A DNA stretch of 64,000 bases from contig NC_090378.1 of the NCBI RefSeq assembly GCF_036365525.1, positions 120,079,593-120,143,592 on the forward strand, in the 5' to 3' direction. Source of the stretch: Heterodontus francisci (Eukaryota). A program made the translations under genes and the position numbers. The notes below the pieces were generated by a model. The model worked only from the letters and a program-made list of their open reading frames with translations, was not told the origin of the DNA and did no database searches. Below are positions 46,700 through 61,600 of this stretch, in pieces (the stretch's first letter is position 1; every line of letters begins with the position of its first letter).

Positions 46700-49600
46700 A
46701 TATAACTGTGGGATGTGTCAGTACAGGAGGTGGGACTGTGTGTCCATTATTATATATTATATATAACTGTGGGATGTGTCAGTGCGGGTGGTGGGACTGT
46801 TTGTCCATTATTATATATTATATATAACTGTGGGATGTGTCAGTGCAGGAGGTGGGACTGTGTGTCCATTATTATATACTATATATAACTGTGGGATGTG
46901 TCAGTACAGGAGGTGGGACTGTGTGTCCATTATTATATATTATATATAACTGTGGGATGTGTCAGTGCGGGTGGTGGGACTGTTTGTCCATTATTATATA
47001 TTATATATAACTGTGGGATGTGTCAGTGCAGGAGGTGGGACTGTGTGTCCATTATTATATACTATATATAACTGTGGGATGTGTCAGTACAGGAGGTGGG
47101 ACTGTGTGTCCATTATTATATATTATATATGACTGTGGGATGTGTCAATACAGGAGGTGGGACTGTGTGTCCATTATTATATATTATATATAACTGTGGG
47201 ATGTGTCAGTACAGGAGGTGGGACTGTGTGTCCATTATTATATAATAAATATAACTGTGGGATGTGTCAGTACAGGAGGCGGGACTGTGTGTCCATTATT
47301 ATATATTATATATAACTGTGGGATGTGTCAGTACAGGAGGTGGGACTGTGTGCCCATTATTATATATTATATATAACTGTGGGATGTGTCAGTACAGGAG
47401 TTGGGACTGTGTGTCCATTATTATATAATAAATATAACTGTGGGATGTGTCAGTGCGGGAGGTGGGACTGTGTGTCCATTATTATATATTATATATAACT
47501 GTGGGATGTGTCAGTGCGGGAGGTGGGACTGTGTGTCCATTATTATACATTATCGAAAACTGTGGGATGTGTCAGTGCGAGAGGTGGGACTGTGCGTCCC
47601 TTATTATATATTATATATAACAGTGGAACGTGTCAGTCGAGGAGGTGGGACTGTGCGTCCCTTATTATATATTATATCTCACTGTGGAACGTGTCAGTCG
47701 AGGAGGTGGGACTGTGCGTCCCTTATTATATATTATATATAACTGTGGAACGTGTCAGTCGAGGAGGTGGGACTGTGTGTCCATTATTATATATTATATA
47801 TAACTGTGGGATGTGTCAGTGCGGGAGGTGGGACTGTGTGTCCATTATTATATATTATATATAACTGTGGAACGTGTCAGTCGAGGAGGTGGGACTGTGC
47901 GTCCATTATTATATATTATATATAACTGTGGGATGTGTCAGTGCGGGAGGTGGGACTGTGTGTCCATTATTATATATTATATATAACTGTGGAACGTGTC
48001 AGTCGAGGAGGTGGGACTGTGTGTCCATTATTATATATTATATATAACTGTGGGACGTGTCAGTGCGGGAGGTGGGACTGTGTGTCCATTATTATATATT
48101 ATATATAACTGTGGGATGTGTCAGTGCGGGAGGTGGGACTGTGTGTCCATTATTATATATTATCTATAACTGTGGGATGTGTCAGTGCGGGAGGTGGGAC
48201 TGTGTGTCCATTATTATATATTATATATAACTGTGGGTTGTGTCAGTACAGGAGGTGGGACTGTGTGTCCATTATTATATATTATATATAACTGTGGAAC
48301 GTGTCAGTCGAGGAGGTGGGACTGTTCGTCCCTTATTATATACAATATATAACTGTGGGATGTTTCAGTGCGGGAGGTGGGACTGTGTTTCCATTATTAT
48401 ATATTATACATAACTGTGGGATGTGTCATAATGGGAGGTGGGACTGTGTTTCCAATATTATATATTATATATAACTGTGGAACGTGTCAGTCGAGGAGGT
48501 GGGACTGTGCGTCCATTATTATATATTATATATAACTGTGGGATGTGTCAGTGCGGGAGGTGGGACTGTGTGTCCATTACTATATATTATATATAACTGT
48601 GGAACGTGTCAGTCGAGGAGGTGGGACTGTGCGTCCATTATTATATATTATATATAACTGTGGGATGTGTCAGTGCGGGAGGTGGGACTGTGTGTCCATT
48701 ACTATATATTATATATAACTGTGGAACGTGTAGATCAAGGAGGTGGGACTGTGGGTCCATTATTATATATTATATATAACTGTGGAACGTGTCAGTCGAG
48801 GATGTGGGACTGTGCGTCCAATATTATATATTATATATAACTGTGGGATGTGTCAGTGCGGGAGGTGGGACTGTGTATCCATTATTATATATCGCATATA
48901 AATGTGGGATGTGTCAGTGCGGGAGGTGGGACTGTGTGTCCATGAACATATATTATATATAACTGTGGGATGTGTCAGTACAGGACGTGGGACTGTGAGC
49001 CCATTATTATATATTCTAGATAACAGTGGGATCTGTCAGGACAGGAGGTGGGGCTGTGTGTCCAATATTATATATTATATATAACTGTCGGATGTGTCAG
49101 TACAGGAGGTGGGACTGTGTGTCCATTATTATATATTATATATAACTGTGGGATGTGTTAGTGCAGGAGGTGGGATTGTGTGTCCATTATGATATATTAT
49201 ATATAAATGTGGAATGTGTCAGTGCAGGAGGTGGGACTGTATGTCCATTATTATATATTATATATAACTGTCGGATGTGTCAGTACAGGAGGTGGGACTG
49301 TGTGTACATTATTATATATAATATATAACTGAGGGATGTGTCAGGACAGGAGGTGGGACTGTGTGTCCATTATTATATATTATATATAACTGTGGGATGT
49401 GTCAGTACAGGAGGTGGGACTGTGTGTCGATTATAATATATTATATACAACTGTGGGATGTGTCAGTACAGGAGGTGGGACTGTGTGTCGATTATAATAC
49501 ATTATGTACAACTGTGGGATGTGTCAGTGCAGGAGGTGGGACTGTGTGTCGATTATTATATATTATATATAACTGTGGGATGTGTCAGTGCGGGAGGTGG

Positions 49601-52600
49601 GACTGTGTGTCCAATATGATACATAATATATAACTGAGGGATGTGTCAGTACAGGAGGTGGGACTGTGTGTCCATTATAATATATTATATATAACTGTGG
49701 GATGTGTCAGTGCGGGAGGTGGGACTGTGTGTCCAATATTATATATTATATATAACTGTGGGATGTGTCAGTACAGGAGGTGGGACTGTGTGTCCATTAT
49801 TATATATTATATATAACTGTGGGATGTGTCAGTGCGGGAGGTGGGACTGTGTGTCCAATATTACATATTATATATAACTGTGGGATGTGTCAGTGCGGGA
49901 GGTGGGACTTTGTGTCCATTATTATATATAATATATAACTGTGGGTTGTGTCAGTACAGGAGGTGGGACTGTGTGTCCATTATTATATATTATATATAAC
50001 TGTGGGATGTGTCAGTACAGGAGGTGGGACTGTTGTCCATTATTATATTTTTATATATAACTGTGGGATGTGTCAGTACAGGAGCTGGGACTGTGTGTCC
50101 ATTATTATATATTATACATAACTGTGGGATGTGTCAGTACAGGAGGTGGGACTGTTGTCCATTATTATATTTTTATATATAACTGTGGGATGTGTCAGTA
50201 CAGGAGGTGGGACTGTTGTCCATTATTATATTTTTATATATAACTGTGGGATGTGTCAGTCCAGGAGGTGGGACTGTGCGTCCATTATTATATTTTGTAT
50301 ATAACAGTGGGATGTTTCAGTGCAGGAGGTGGGACTGTGTGTCCATTATTATATAATATATATAACTGTCGGTTGTGTCAGTACAGGAGGTGGGAATGTG
50401 TGTTTATTATTACATATTATATGTAACTGTGGGATGTGTCAGGACAGGAGATGTGACTGTGTGTCCATTATTATATATTATATATAACTGTGGGATGTGT
50501 CAGTACAGGAGGTGGGACTGTGTGTCCATTATTGTGTATGATATATAACTGTGAGATGTGTCAGTACAGAAGGTGGGACTGTGTGTCCATTATTATATAT
50601 TATATATAATTGTGGGATATGTCAGTACAGGAGGTGGGACTGTGTGTCCATTATTGTAGATTATATATAACTGTGAGATGTTTCAGTACAGGAGGTGGGA
50701 CTCTGTGTCCATTATTATATATTATATATAACTGTGGGATGTGTCAGTACAGGAGGTGGGACTGTGTGTCCATTATAAGATTATATATAACTGTGGGATG
50801 TGTCAGTGCAGGAGGTGCGACTCTGTGTCCATTCTTATATATTATATATAACTGTGGGATTTGTCAGTATAGGAGGTGGGACTGTGTGTCCATTATTGTA
50901 TATTATATATAACTGTGGGATATGTCAGTACAGGAGGTGGGATTGTGTGTCCATAATTATATATTATATATAACTGTGGGATATGTCAGTGCAGGAGGTG
51001 GGACTGTGTGTCCATAATTATATATTATATATAACTGTGTGACGTGTCAGTACAGGAGGTGGGATTGTGTATCCATTATTATATATTATATATAACTGTG
51101 GGATATGTCAGTGCAGGAGGTGGGACTGTGTGTCCATAATTATATATTATATATAACTGTGGGATATGTCAGTAAACGAGGTGGGACTGTGTGTCCATTA
51201 TTATATATTATATATAACTGTGGGATATGTCAGTAAACGAGGTGGGACTGTGTGTCCATTATTATATATTATATATAACTGTGGGATGTGTCAGTACAGG
51301 AGGTGGGACTGTGTGTCGATTATAATATATTATATACAACTGTGGGATGTGTCAGTACAGGAGGTGGGACTGTGTGTCGATTATAATATATTATATACAA
51401 CTGTGGGATGTGTCAGTACAGGAGGTGGGACTGTGTGTCGATTATTATATATTATATATAACTGTGGGATGTGTCAGTGCGGGAGGTGGGACTGTGTGTC
51501 GATTATAATATATTATATACAACTGTGGGATGTGTCAGTACAGGAGGTGGGACTGTGTGTCGATTATTATATATTATATATAACTGTGGGATGTGTCAGT
51601 GCGGGAGGTGGGACTGTGTGTCCATTATTATATATTATATATAACTGTGGGATGTGTCAGTGCAGGAGGTGGGACTGTGTGTCGATTATTATATATTATA
51701 TATAACTGTGGGATGTGTCAGTGCAGGAGGTGGGACTGTGTGTCGATTATTATATATTATATATAACTGTGGGATGTGTCAGTGCAGGAGGTGGGACTGT
51801 GTGTCGAGTATTATATATTATATATAACTGTGGGATGTGTCAGTGCAGGAGGTGGGACTGTGTGTCCAATATGATACATAATATATAACTGAGGGATGTG
51901 TCAGTACAGGAGGTGGGACTGTGTGTCCATTATAATATATTATATATAACTGTGGGATGTGTCAGTGCGGGAGGTGGGACTGTGTGTCCAATATTATATA
52001 TTATATATAACTGTGGGATGTGTCAGTACAGGAGGTGGGACTGTGTGTCCATTATTATATATTATATATAACTGTGGGATGTGTCAGTGCGGGAGGTGGG
52101 ACTGTGTGTCCAATATTACATATTATATATAACTGTGGGATGTGTCAGTGCAGGAGGTGGGACTGTGTGTCGATTATTATATATTATATATAACTGTGGG
52201 ATATGTCAGTAAACGAGGTGGGACTGTGTGTCCATTATTATATATTATATATAACTGTGGGATGTGTCAGTACAGGAGGTGGGACTGTGTGTCGATTATA
52301 ATATATTATATACAACTGTGGGATGTGTCAGTACAGGAGGTGGGACTGTGTGTCGATTATAATACATTATGTACAACTGTGGGATGTGTCAGTGCAGGAG
52401 GTGGGACTGTGTGTCGATTATTATATATTATATATAACTGTGGGATGTGTCAGTGCGGGAGGTGGGACTGTGTGTCCATTATTATATATTATATATAACT
52501 GTGGGATGTGTCAGTGCAGGAGGTGGGACTGTGTGTCGATTATTATATATTATATATAACTGTGGGATGTGTCAGTGCAGGAGGTGGGACTGTGTGTCGA

Positions 52601-55600
52601 GTATTATATATTATATATAACTGTGGGATGTGTCAGTGCAGGAGGTGGGACTGTGTGTCCAATATGATACATAATATATAACTGAGGGATGTGTCAGTAC
52701 AGGAGGTGGGACTGTGTGTCCATTATAATATATTATATATAACTGTGGGATGTGTCAGTGCAGGAGGTGGGACTGTGTGTCGATTATTATATATTATATA
52801 TAACTGTGGGATGTGTCAGTGCAGGAGGTGGGACTGTGTGTCGAGTATTATATATTATATATAACTGTGGGATGTGTCAGTGCAGGAGGTGGGACTGTGT
52901 GTCCAATATGATACATAATATATAACTGAGGGATGTGTCAGTACAGGAGGTGGGACTGTGTGTCCATTATAATATATTATATATAACTGTGGGATGTGTC
53001 AGTACAGGAGGTGGGACTGTGTGTCCATTATTATATATTATATATAACTGTGGGATGTGTCAGTGCGGGAGGTGGGACTGTGTGTCCAATATTATATATT
53101 ATATATAACTGTGGGATGTGTCAGTACAGGAGGTGGGACTGTGTGTCCATTATTATATATTATATATAACTGTGGGATGTGTCAGTGCGGGAGGTGGGAC
53201 TGTGTGTCCAATATTACATATTATATATAACTGTGGGATGTGTCAGTGCAGGAGGTGGGACTGTGTGTCGATTATTATATATTATATATAACTGTGAGAT
53301 GTGTCAGTGCAGGAGGTGGGACTGTGTGTCGATTATTATATATTATATATAACTGTGGGATGTGTCAGTGCAGGAGGTGGGACTGTGTGTCGATTATTAT
53401 ATATTATATATAACTGTGGGATGTGTCAGTGCAGGAGGTGGGACTGTGTGTCCAATATGATACATAATATATAACTGAGGGATGTGTCAGTACAGGAGGT
53501 GGGACTGTGTGTCCATTATAATACATTATGTACAACTGTGGGATGTGTCAGTGCAGGAGGTGGGACTGTGTGTCCAATATTATATATTATATATAACTGT
53601 GGGATGTGTCAGTGCGGGAGGTGGGACTGTGTGTCCAATATTATATATTATATATAACTGTGGGATGTGTCAGTACAGGAGGTGGGACTGTGTGTCCATT
53701 ATTATATATTATATATAACTGTGGGATGTGTCAGTGCGGGAGGTGGGACTGTGTGTCCAATATTACATATTATATATAACTGTGGGATGTGTCAGTGCGG
53801 GAGGTGGGACTTTGTGTCCATTATTATATATAATATATAACTGTGGGTTGTGTCAGTACAGGAGGTGGGACTGTGTGTCCATTATTATATATTATATATA
53901 ACTGTGGGATGTGTCAGTACAGGAGGTGGGACTGTTGTCCATTATTATATTTTTATATATAACTGTGGGATGTGTCAGTACAGGAGCTGGGACTGTGTGT
54001 CCATTATTATATATTATACATAACTGTGGGATGTGTCAGTACAGGAGGTGGGACTGTTGTCCATTATTATATTTTTATATATAACTGTGGGATGTGTCAG
54101 TACAGGAGGTGGGACTGTTGTCCATTATTATATTTTTATATATAACTGTGGGATGTGTCAGTCCAGGAGGTGGGACTGTGCGTCCATTATTATATTTTGT
54201 ATATAACAGTGGGATGTTTCAGTGCAGGAGGTGGGACTGTGTGTCCATTATTATATAATATATATAACTGTCGGTTGTGTCAGTACAGGAGGTGGGAATG
54301 TGTGTTTATTATTACATATTATATGTAACTGTGGGATGTGTCAGGACAGGAGATGTGACTGTGTGTCCATTATTATATATTATATATAACTGTGGGATGT
54401 GTCAGTACAGGAGGTGGGACTGTGTGTCCATTATTGTGTATGATATATAACTGTGAGATGTGTCAGTACAGAAGGTGGGACTGTGTGTCCATTATTATAT
54501 ATTATATATAATTGTGGGATATGTCAGTACAGGAGGTGGGACTGTGTGTCCATTATTGTAGATTATATATAACTGTGAGATGTTTCAGTACAGGAGGTGG
54601 GACTCTGTGTCCATTATTATATATTATATATAACTGTGGGATGTGTCAGTACAGGAGGTGGGACTGTGTGTCCATTCTTATATATTATATATAACTGTGG
54701 GATTTGTCAGTATAGGAGGTGGGACTGTGTGTCCATTATTGTATATTATATATAACTGTGGGATATGTCAGTACAGGAGGTGGGATTGTGTGTCCATAAT
54801 TATATATTATATATAACTGTGGGATATGTCAGTGCAGGAGGTGGGACTGTGTGTCCATAATTATATATTATATATAACTGTGTGACGTGTCAGTACAGGA
54901 GGTGGGATTGTGTATCCATTATTATATATTATATATAACTGTGGGATATGTCAGTGCAGGAGGTGGGACTGTGTGTCCATAATTATATATTATATATAAC
55001 TGTGGGATATGTCAGTAAACGAGGTGGGACTGTGTGTCCATTATTATATATTATATATAACTGTGGGATATGTCAGTAAACGAGGTGGGACTGTGTGTCC
55101 ATTATTATATATTATATATAACTGTGGGATGTGTCAGTACAGGAGGTGGGACTGTGTGTCGATTATAATATATTATATACAACTGTGGGATGTGTCAGTA
55201 CAGGAGGTGGGACTGTGTGTCGATTATAATATATTATATACAACTGTGGGATGTGTCAGTACAGGAGGTGGGACTGTGTGTCGATTATTATATATTATAT
55301 ATAACTGTGGGATGTGTCAGTGCGGGAGGTGGGACTGTGTGTCGATTATAATATATTATATACAACTGTGGGATGTGTCAGTACAGGAGGTGGGACTGTG
55401 TGTCGATTATTATATATTATATATAACTGTGGGATGTGTCAGTGCGGGAGGTGGGACTGTGTGTCCATTATTATATATTATATATAACTGTGGGATGTGT
55501 CAGTGCAGGAGGTGGGACTGTGTGTCGATTATTATATATTATATATAACTGTGGGATGTGTCAGTGCAGGAGGTGGGACTGTGTGTCGATTATTATATAT

Positions 55601-58600
55601 TATATATAACTGTGGGATGTGTCAGTGCAGGAGGTGGGACTGTGTGTCGAGTATTATATATTATATATAACTGTGGGATGTGTCAGTGCAGGAGGTGGGA
55701 CTGTGTGTCCAATATGATACATAATATATAACTGAGGGATGTGTCAGTACAGGAGGTGGGACTGTGTGTCCATTATAATATATTATATATAACTGTGGGA
55801 TGTGTCAGTGCGGGAGGTGGGACTGTGTGTCCATTATTATATATTATATATAACTGTGGGATGTGTCAGTACAGGAGGTGGGACTGTGTGTCCATTATTA
55901 TATATTATATATAACTGTGGGATGTGTCAGTGCGGGAGGTGGGACTGTGTGTCCAATATTACATATTATATATAACTGTGGGATGTGTCAGTGCAGGAGG
56001 TGGGACTGTGTGTCGATTATTATATATTATATATAACTGTGGGATATGTCAGTAAACGAGGTGGGACTGTGTGTCCATTATTATATATTATATATAACTG
56101 TGGGATGTGTCAGTACAGGAGGTGGGACTGTGTGTCGATTATAATATATTATATACAACTGTGGGATGTGTCAGTACAGGAGGTGGGACTGTGTGTCGAT
56201 TATAATACATTATGTACAACTGTGGGATGTGTCAGTGCAGGAGGTGGGACTGTGTGTCGATTATTATATATTATATATAACTGTGGGATGTGTCAGTGCG
56301 GGAGGTGGGACTGTGTGTCCATTATTATATATTATATATAACTGTGGGATGTGTCAGTGCAGGAGGTGGGACTGTGTGTCGATTATTATATATTATATAT
56401 AACTGTGGGATGTGTCAGTGCAGGAGGTGGGACTGTGTGTCGATTATTATATATTATATATAACTGTGGGATGTGTCAGTGCAGGAGGTGGGACTGTGTG
56501 TCGAGTATTATATATTATATATAACTGTGGGATGTGTCAGTGCAGGAGGTGGGACTGTGTGTCCAATATGATACATAATATATAACTGAGGGATGTGTCA
56601 GTACAGGAGGTGGGACTGTGTGTCCATTATAATATATTATATATAACTGTGGGATGTGTCAGTGCGGGAGGTGGGACTGTGTGTCCAATATTATATATTA
56701 TATATAACTGTGGGATGTGTCAGTACAGGAGGTGGGACTGTGTGTCCATTATTATATATTATATATAACTGTGGGATGTGTCAGTGCGGGAGGTGGGACT
56801 GTGTGTCCAATATTACATATTATATATAACTGTGGGATGTGTCAGTGCAGGAGGTGGGACTGTGTGTCCATTATTATATATTATATATAACTGTGAGATG
56901 TGTCAGTGCAGGAGGTGGGACTGTGTGTCGATTATTATATATTATATATAACTGTGGGATGTGTCAGTGCAGGAGGTGGGACTGTGTGTCCATTATTATA
57001 TATTATATATAACTGTGGGATGTGTCAGTGCAGGAGGTGGGACTGTGTGTCCATTATAATACATTATGTACAACTGTGGGATGTGTCAGTGCAGGAGGTG
57101 GGACTGTGTGTCCATTATTATATATTATATATAACTGTGGGATGTGTCAGTGCAGGAGGTGGGACTGTGTGTCGATTATTATATATTATATATAACTGTG
57201 GGATGTGTCAGTGCAGGAGGTGGGACTGTGTGTCCAATATGATACATAATATATAACTGAGGGATGTGTCAGTACAGGAGGTGGGACTGTGTGTCCATTA
57301 TAATATATTATATATAACTGTGGGATGTGTCAGTGCGGGAGGTGGGACTGTGTGTCCAATATTATATATTATATATAACTGTGGGATGTGTCAGTACAGG
57401 AGGTGGGACTGTGTGTCCATTATTATATATTATATATAACTGTGGGATGTGTCAGTGCGGGAGGTGGGACTGTGTGTCCAATATTACATATTATATATAA
57501 CTGTGGGATGTGTCAGTGCGGGAGGTGGGACTTTGTGTCCATTATTATATATAATATATAACTGTGGGTTGTGTCAGTACAGGAGGTGGGACTGTGTGTC
57601 CATTATTATATATTATATATAACTGTGGGATGTGTCAGTACAGGAGGTGGGACTGTTGTCCATTATTATATTTTTATATATAACTGTGGGATGTGTCAGT
57701 ACAGGAGCTGGGACTGTGTGTCCATTATTATATATTATATATAACTGTGGGATGTGTCAGTACAGGAGGTGGGACTGTTGTCCATTATTATATTTTTATA
57801 TATAACTGTGGGATGTGTCAGTACAGGAGGTGGGACTGTTGTCCATTATTATATTTTTATATATAACTGTGGGATGTGTCAGTACAGGAGGTGGGACTGT
57901 GCGTCCATTATTATAATTTGTATATAACAGTGGGATGTTTCAGTGCAGGAGGTGGGACTGTGTGTCCATTATTATATAATATATATAACTGTCGGTTGTG
58001 TCAGTACAGGAGGTGGGACTGTGTGTCCATTATTATATATTATATATAACTGTGGGACGTGTCAGTACAGGAGGTGGGACTGTGTGTCCATTATTGTGTA
58101 TGATATATAACTGTGAGATGTGTCAGTACAGAAGGTGGGACTGTGTGTCCATTATTATATATTATATATAATTGTGGGATATGTCAGTACAGGAGGTGGG
58201 ACTGTGTGTCCATTATTGTAGATTATATATAACTGTGAGATGTTTCAGTACAGGAGGTGGGACTCTGTGTCCATTATTATATATTATATATAACTGTGGG
58301 ATGTGTCAGTACAGGAGGTGGGACTGTGTGTCCATTATAAGATTATATATAACTGTGGGATGTGTCAGTACAGGAGGTGCGACTCTGTGTCCATTCTTAT
58401 ATATTATATATAACTGTGGGATTTGTCAGTATAGGAGGTGGGACTGTGTGTCCATTATTGTATATTATATATAACTGTGGGATATGTCAGTACAGGAGGT
58501 GGGACTGTGTGTCCATAATTATATATTATATATAACTGTGGGATATGTCAGTGCAGGAGGTGGGACTGTGTGTCCATAATTATATATTATATATAACTGT

Positions 58601-61600
58601 GGGATATGTCAGTGCAGGAGGTGGGACTGTGTGTCCATAATTATATATTATATATAACTGTGGGATATGTCAGTACAGGAGGTGGGACTGTGTGTCCATA
58701 ATTATATATTATATATAACTGTGGGATATGTCAGTGCAGGAGGTGGGACTGTGTGTCCATAATTATATATTATATATAACTGTGTGACGTGTCAGTACAG
58801 GAGGTGGGACTGTGTATCCATTATTATATATTATATATAACTGTGGGATATGTCAGTGCAGGAGGTGGGACTGTGTGTCCATAATTATATATTATATATA
58901 ACTGTGGGACGTGACAGTACAGGAGGTGGGACTGTGTATCCATTATTATATATTATATATAACTGTGGGATATGTCAGTATAGGAGGTGGGACTGTGTGT
59001 CCATTATTATATATAACTGAGGGATGTTTCAGTACAGGAGGTGGGACTGTGTGTCCATTATTATATATTATATAAAACTGTGGGATGTATCAGTGCGGGA
59101 GGTGGGACTGTGTGTCCAATATGATATATTATATATAACTGTGGGATGTGTCAGTGCAGGAGGTGGGACTGTGTGTCCATTATTATACATTATATATAAC
59201 TGTGGGATGTGTCAGTACAGGAGGTGGGACTGTGTGTCCATTATTATATATTATATATAACTGTGGGATGTGTCAGTGCGGGAGGTGGGACTGTGTGTCC
59301 ATTATTATATATTATATATAACTGTGGGACGTGTCAGTACAGGAGGTGGGACTGTGTGTCCATTATTATATATTATATAAAACTGTGGGATGTGTCAGTA
59401 CAGGAGGTGGGACTGTGTGTCCATTATTATATATTATTTATAACTGTGGGACGTGTCAGTACAGGAGGTGGGACTGTGTGTCCATTATTATATATTATAT
59501 ATAACTGTGGGATGTGTCAGTGCGGGAGGTGGGACTGTGTGTCCATTATTATATATTATCTATAACTGTGGGATGTGTCAGTGCGGGAGGTGGGACTGTG
59601 TATCCCCTTTTATATATTATATATAACTGTGGAACGTGTCAGTCGAGGAGGTGGGACTGTTCGTCCCTTATTATATATTATATATAACTGTGGAACGTGT
59701 CAGTCGAGGAGGTGGGACTGTGTGTTCATTATTATATATTATCTATAACTGTGGGATGTGTCAGTGCGGGAGGTGGGCTGTGAGTCCATTATTATATATT
59801 ATATATAAATGTGGAACATGTCAGTCGGGTAGGTGGGACTGTGTGTCCTTTATTGTATATTATATATAACTGTGGGATGTGTCAGTACAGGACGTGGGAC
59901 TGTGAGCCCATTATTATATATTATATATAACTGTGGGATGTGTCAGGACTGGAGGTGGGACTGTGTGTCCATTATTATATATTATATATAACTGTGGGAT
60001 GTGTCAGGACTGGAGGTGGGACTGTGTGTCCATTATTATATACTATATATAACTGTGGGATGTGTCAGTGCGGGAGGTGGGACTGTGTGTCCATTATTAT
60101 ATATTATATATAACTGTGGGATGTGTCAGTGCAGGTGGTGGGACAGTGTGTCCATTATTATATACTATATATAACTGTGGGATGTTTCAGTGCGGGAGGT
60201 GGGACTGTGTTTCCATTATTATATATTATACATAACTGTGGGATGTGTAATAATGGGAGGTGGGACTGTGTTTCCAATATTATATATTATATATAACTGT
60301 GGAACGTGTCAGTCGAGGAGGTGGGACTGTGCGTCCATTATTGTATATTATATATCACTGTGGGATGTGTCAGTGCGGGAGGTGGGACTGTGTGTCCATT
60401 ATTATATATTATATATTACTGTGGAACGTGCCAGTCGAGGAGGTGGGACTGTGCGTCCATTATTATATATTATATATAACTGTGGGATGTGTCAGTGCGG
60501 GAGGTGGGACTGTGTGTCCATTACTATATATTATATATAACTGTGGAACGTGTCAGTCGAGGAGGTGGGACTGTGCGTCCATTATTATATATTATATATA
60601 ACTGTGGGATGTGTCAGTGCGGGAGGTGGGACTGTGTGTCCATTACTATATATTATATATAACTGTGGAACGTGTAGATCAAGGAGGTGGGACTGTGTGT
60701 CCATTATTATATATTATATATAACTGTGGAACGTATCAGTCGAGGAGGTGGGACTGTGCGTCCAATATTATATATTATATATAACTGTGGGATGTGTCAG
60801 TGCGGGAGGTGGGACTGTGTGTCCATTATTATATATCGCATATAAATGTGGGATGTGTCAGTGCGGGAGGTGGGACTGTGTGTCCTTTATTGTATATTAT
60901 ATATAACTGTGGGATGTGTCAGTACAGGACGTGGGACTGTGAGCCCATTATTATATATTCTAGATAACAGTGGGATCTGTCAGGACAGGAGGTGGGGCTG
61001 TGTGTCCAATATTATATATTATATATAACTGTGGGATGTGTCAGTACAGGAGGTGGGACTGTGTGTCCATTATTATGTCTTCTATATAACTGTGGGATGT
61101 GTCAGTACAGGAGGTGGGACTGTGGGTCCATTATTATATATTATATATAACTGTGGGATGTGTCAGTACAGGAGGTGGGACTGTGTGTCCATTATTATAT
61201 ATTATATATAACTGTGGGATGTGTCAGTGCGGGAGGTGGGACTGTGTGTCCATGAACATATATTATATATAACTGTGGGATGTGTCAGTACAGGACGTGG
61301 GACTGTGAGCCCATTATTATATATTCTAGATAACAGTGGGATCTGTCAGGACAGGAGGTGGGGCTGTGTGTCCAATATTATATATTATATATAACTGTCG
61401 GATGTGTCAGTACAGGAGGTGGGACTGTGTGTCCATTATTATATATTATATATAACTGTGGGATGTGTCAGTGCAGGAGGTGGGATTGTGTGTCCATTAT
61501 GATATATTATATATAAATGTGGAATGTGTCAGTGCAGGAGGTGGGACTGTGTGTCCATTATTATATATTATATATAACTGTGGGATGTGTCAGTGCAGGA

